Below, piece by piece: positions 62,748 to 64,000 of a stretch of 64,000 nucleotides of DNA. Origin of the DNA: Raja brachyura (Eukaryota); the NCBI GenBank assembly GCA_963514005.1, contig OY740808.1, positions 13,826,001 through 13,890,000 of the forward strand, given 5' to 3'. Position numbers and translations under genes: made by a program. The notes below the pieces were generated by a model, which ran no database searches, was not told the origin of the DNA, and worked only from the letters and a program-made list of their open reading frames with translations. How positions within the stretch are numbered: the stretch's first letter is position 1; every line of letters starts with the position of its first letter.

Positions 62748-64000
62748 CATCAGTTATGTTGAATGTGTTGAAATGGGAAGAGTGAGAAAGTAACAGAGTA
62801 AAATCAATATAGAGTAAAATGAGACGATGAGGAAAAGAGAATGAGAGGTGAGCTTGGCTGCACGAGTATCCGTTTCTTATTATTTGAATGGCAGAATAAA
62901 AAGGATTTGTGACACAAATGATAAAAATTTGATCGAGACCAATCCACAGAGCAGAAACAATAAGAATGAAACTGTTGATTCTCACAGAAACTAAGCTGGT
63001 TAGCACAGCAGTTAGTGATATAGAAATGTATCAGGGTAGATGTGAAGAAGATTTCCTCTTTTGTTTAGAAATGAAGAATACCTACTTAAGACAGTGATGA
63101 TGCAAGTTTTTTCTCAGAATCCATGCCTTTGAAGGCATTCTCAAAGGGTGGTGGAAATGCAGTGTATATATATTTCTAAATGCTAGATATGTACTTGAAT
63201 ACCCTATCTTGATCCGTTTTGGATGTTGGAAATAGGTGAGAAACTGTTGTTATTCAGTAGGGGGTGAGGTGAATATCCTTTTCCTCTTGCAAAAAAAAAG
63301 GCAAACACTTAGCCAAGTTTATGGAGGCAGGTAAAAACAATATGGCATCTGTACTTTAATAGCAGTGTGAACAATCTTTCTGTAAACATTGAAGATGGAC
63401 TGCGTGCCAAATGAATTTGGCCTTTGCACAAGACCATGACCTAAAGTGGTTTAGAAATCAAATAGTTTTCTCTGTCACTGGTAACTTTTCATGAGAAGGC
63501 TATACCTCAAATATGATCCAAAGGCAGTCACAAGTTTGGTGCAACTCTAGGGGATGAGGACTCGACACAGAGAAGCACTGCGTTTGTGAACATCACACAA
63601 TCATATGGCAAACAAAAATGAAGTTCGATCACATTTAACTTTCCATTCCAAATTTAAAATCAATAAATCCCACCTCATATTCCAACTTGGAGAATTTAGA
63701 TATAATTAAGGAAATAGCTGAACTCAAAAACACGTATCATAATGATTGAATAGTTAAAACTTTTTCTGGCATATTGAATCTTGGGATCCTTATCGTTGTC
63801 TGAAGATCACAGTCCGCAATTCTGTTTGACTCAAAAAACAAAATTTATTTTGCTTATAGATTATACATGAAAATAAATAGTTTTGAAGGGCAGGAGAGGG
63901 TAGGAAAGAGACGTTTATTACAAAGGAAATGTCCATGATAGGGTCAATGGAAATGGCTTGATGTCGGCCGCTGGTACAACTTTAAGGTCTTTGTCTGTGT

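Noticed and set aside
60000-64000. Exons of the neighbouring gene (RPLP0 is adjacent to GCN1 in human)
   Set aside because: No RPLP0-like coding sequence (e.g. DMGFGLFD) was found. Minus-strand AATAAA motifs near 63845 and 63914 are not enough to call a 3' end.

Overview
This is eukaryotic genomic DNA from a vertebrate. The repeat landscape (CR1 LINEs with (TTTCTATG)n tails, HE1/V-type and Deu-domain SINEs, Penelope termini) suggests a cartilaginous fish such as a skate or ray (inference). The window is dominated by GCN1 (GCN2 activator, HEAT-repeat protein) on the minus strand. I traced the promoter, the ATG (59797) and 42 consecutive GT-AG coding exons (5480 nt, about 1826 codons, frame and phase continuous); the gene runs off the left edge. 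The introns contain CR1, Rex1/L2-like and RTE LINE fragments, SINEs, a full-length decayed IR/DR Tc1 element, a Harbinger-like MITE and many Penelope-like termini with a minimal hammerhead-ribozyme-like core. The most striking observations are: (i) a 552-bp insertion upstream of GCN1 with a 14-bp target-site duplication, made of about 2.5 head-to-tail ~206-nt units that each carry a hammerhead core, a retrozyme-like multimer; (ii) a near-perfect 121-bp-arm foldback element with a 6-bp TSD in intron 14; (iii) a candidate poison or alternative 64-nt exon with an AG|GT dual splice site in intron 2. Most short ORFs in the supplied track are repeat remnants, exon read-throughs or noise. Repeat boundaries are approximate, and family names come from motif recognition, not database searches.
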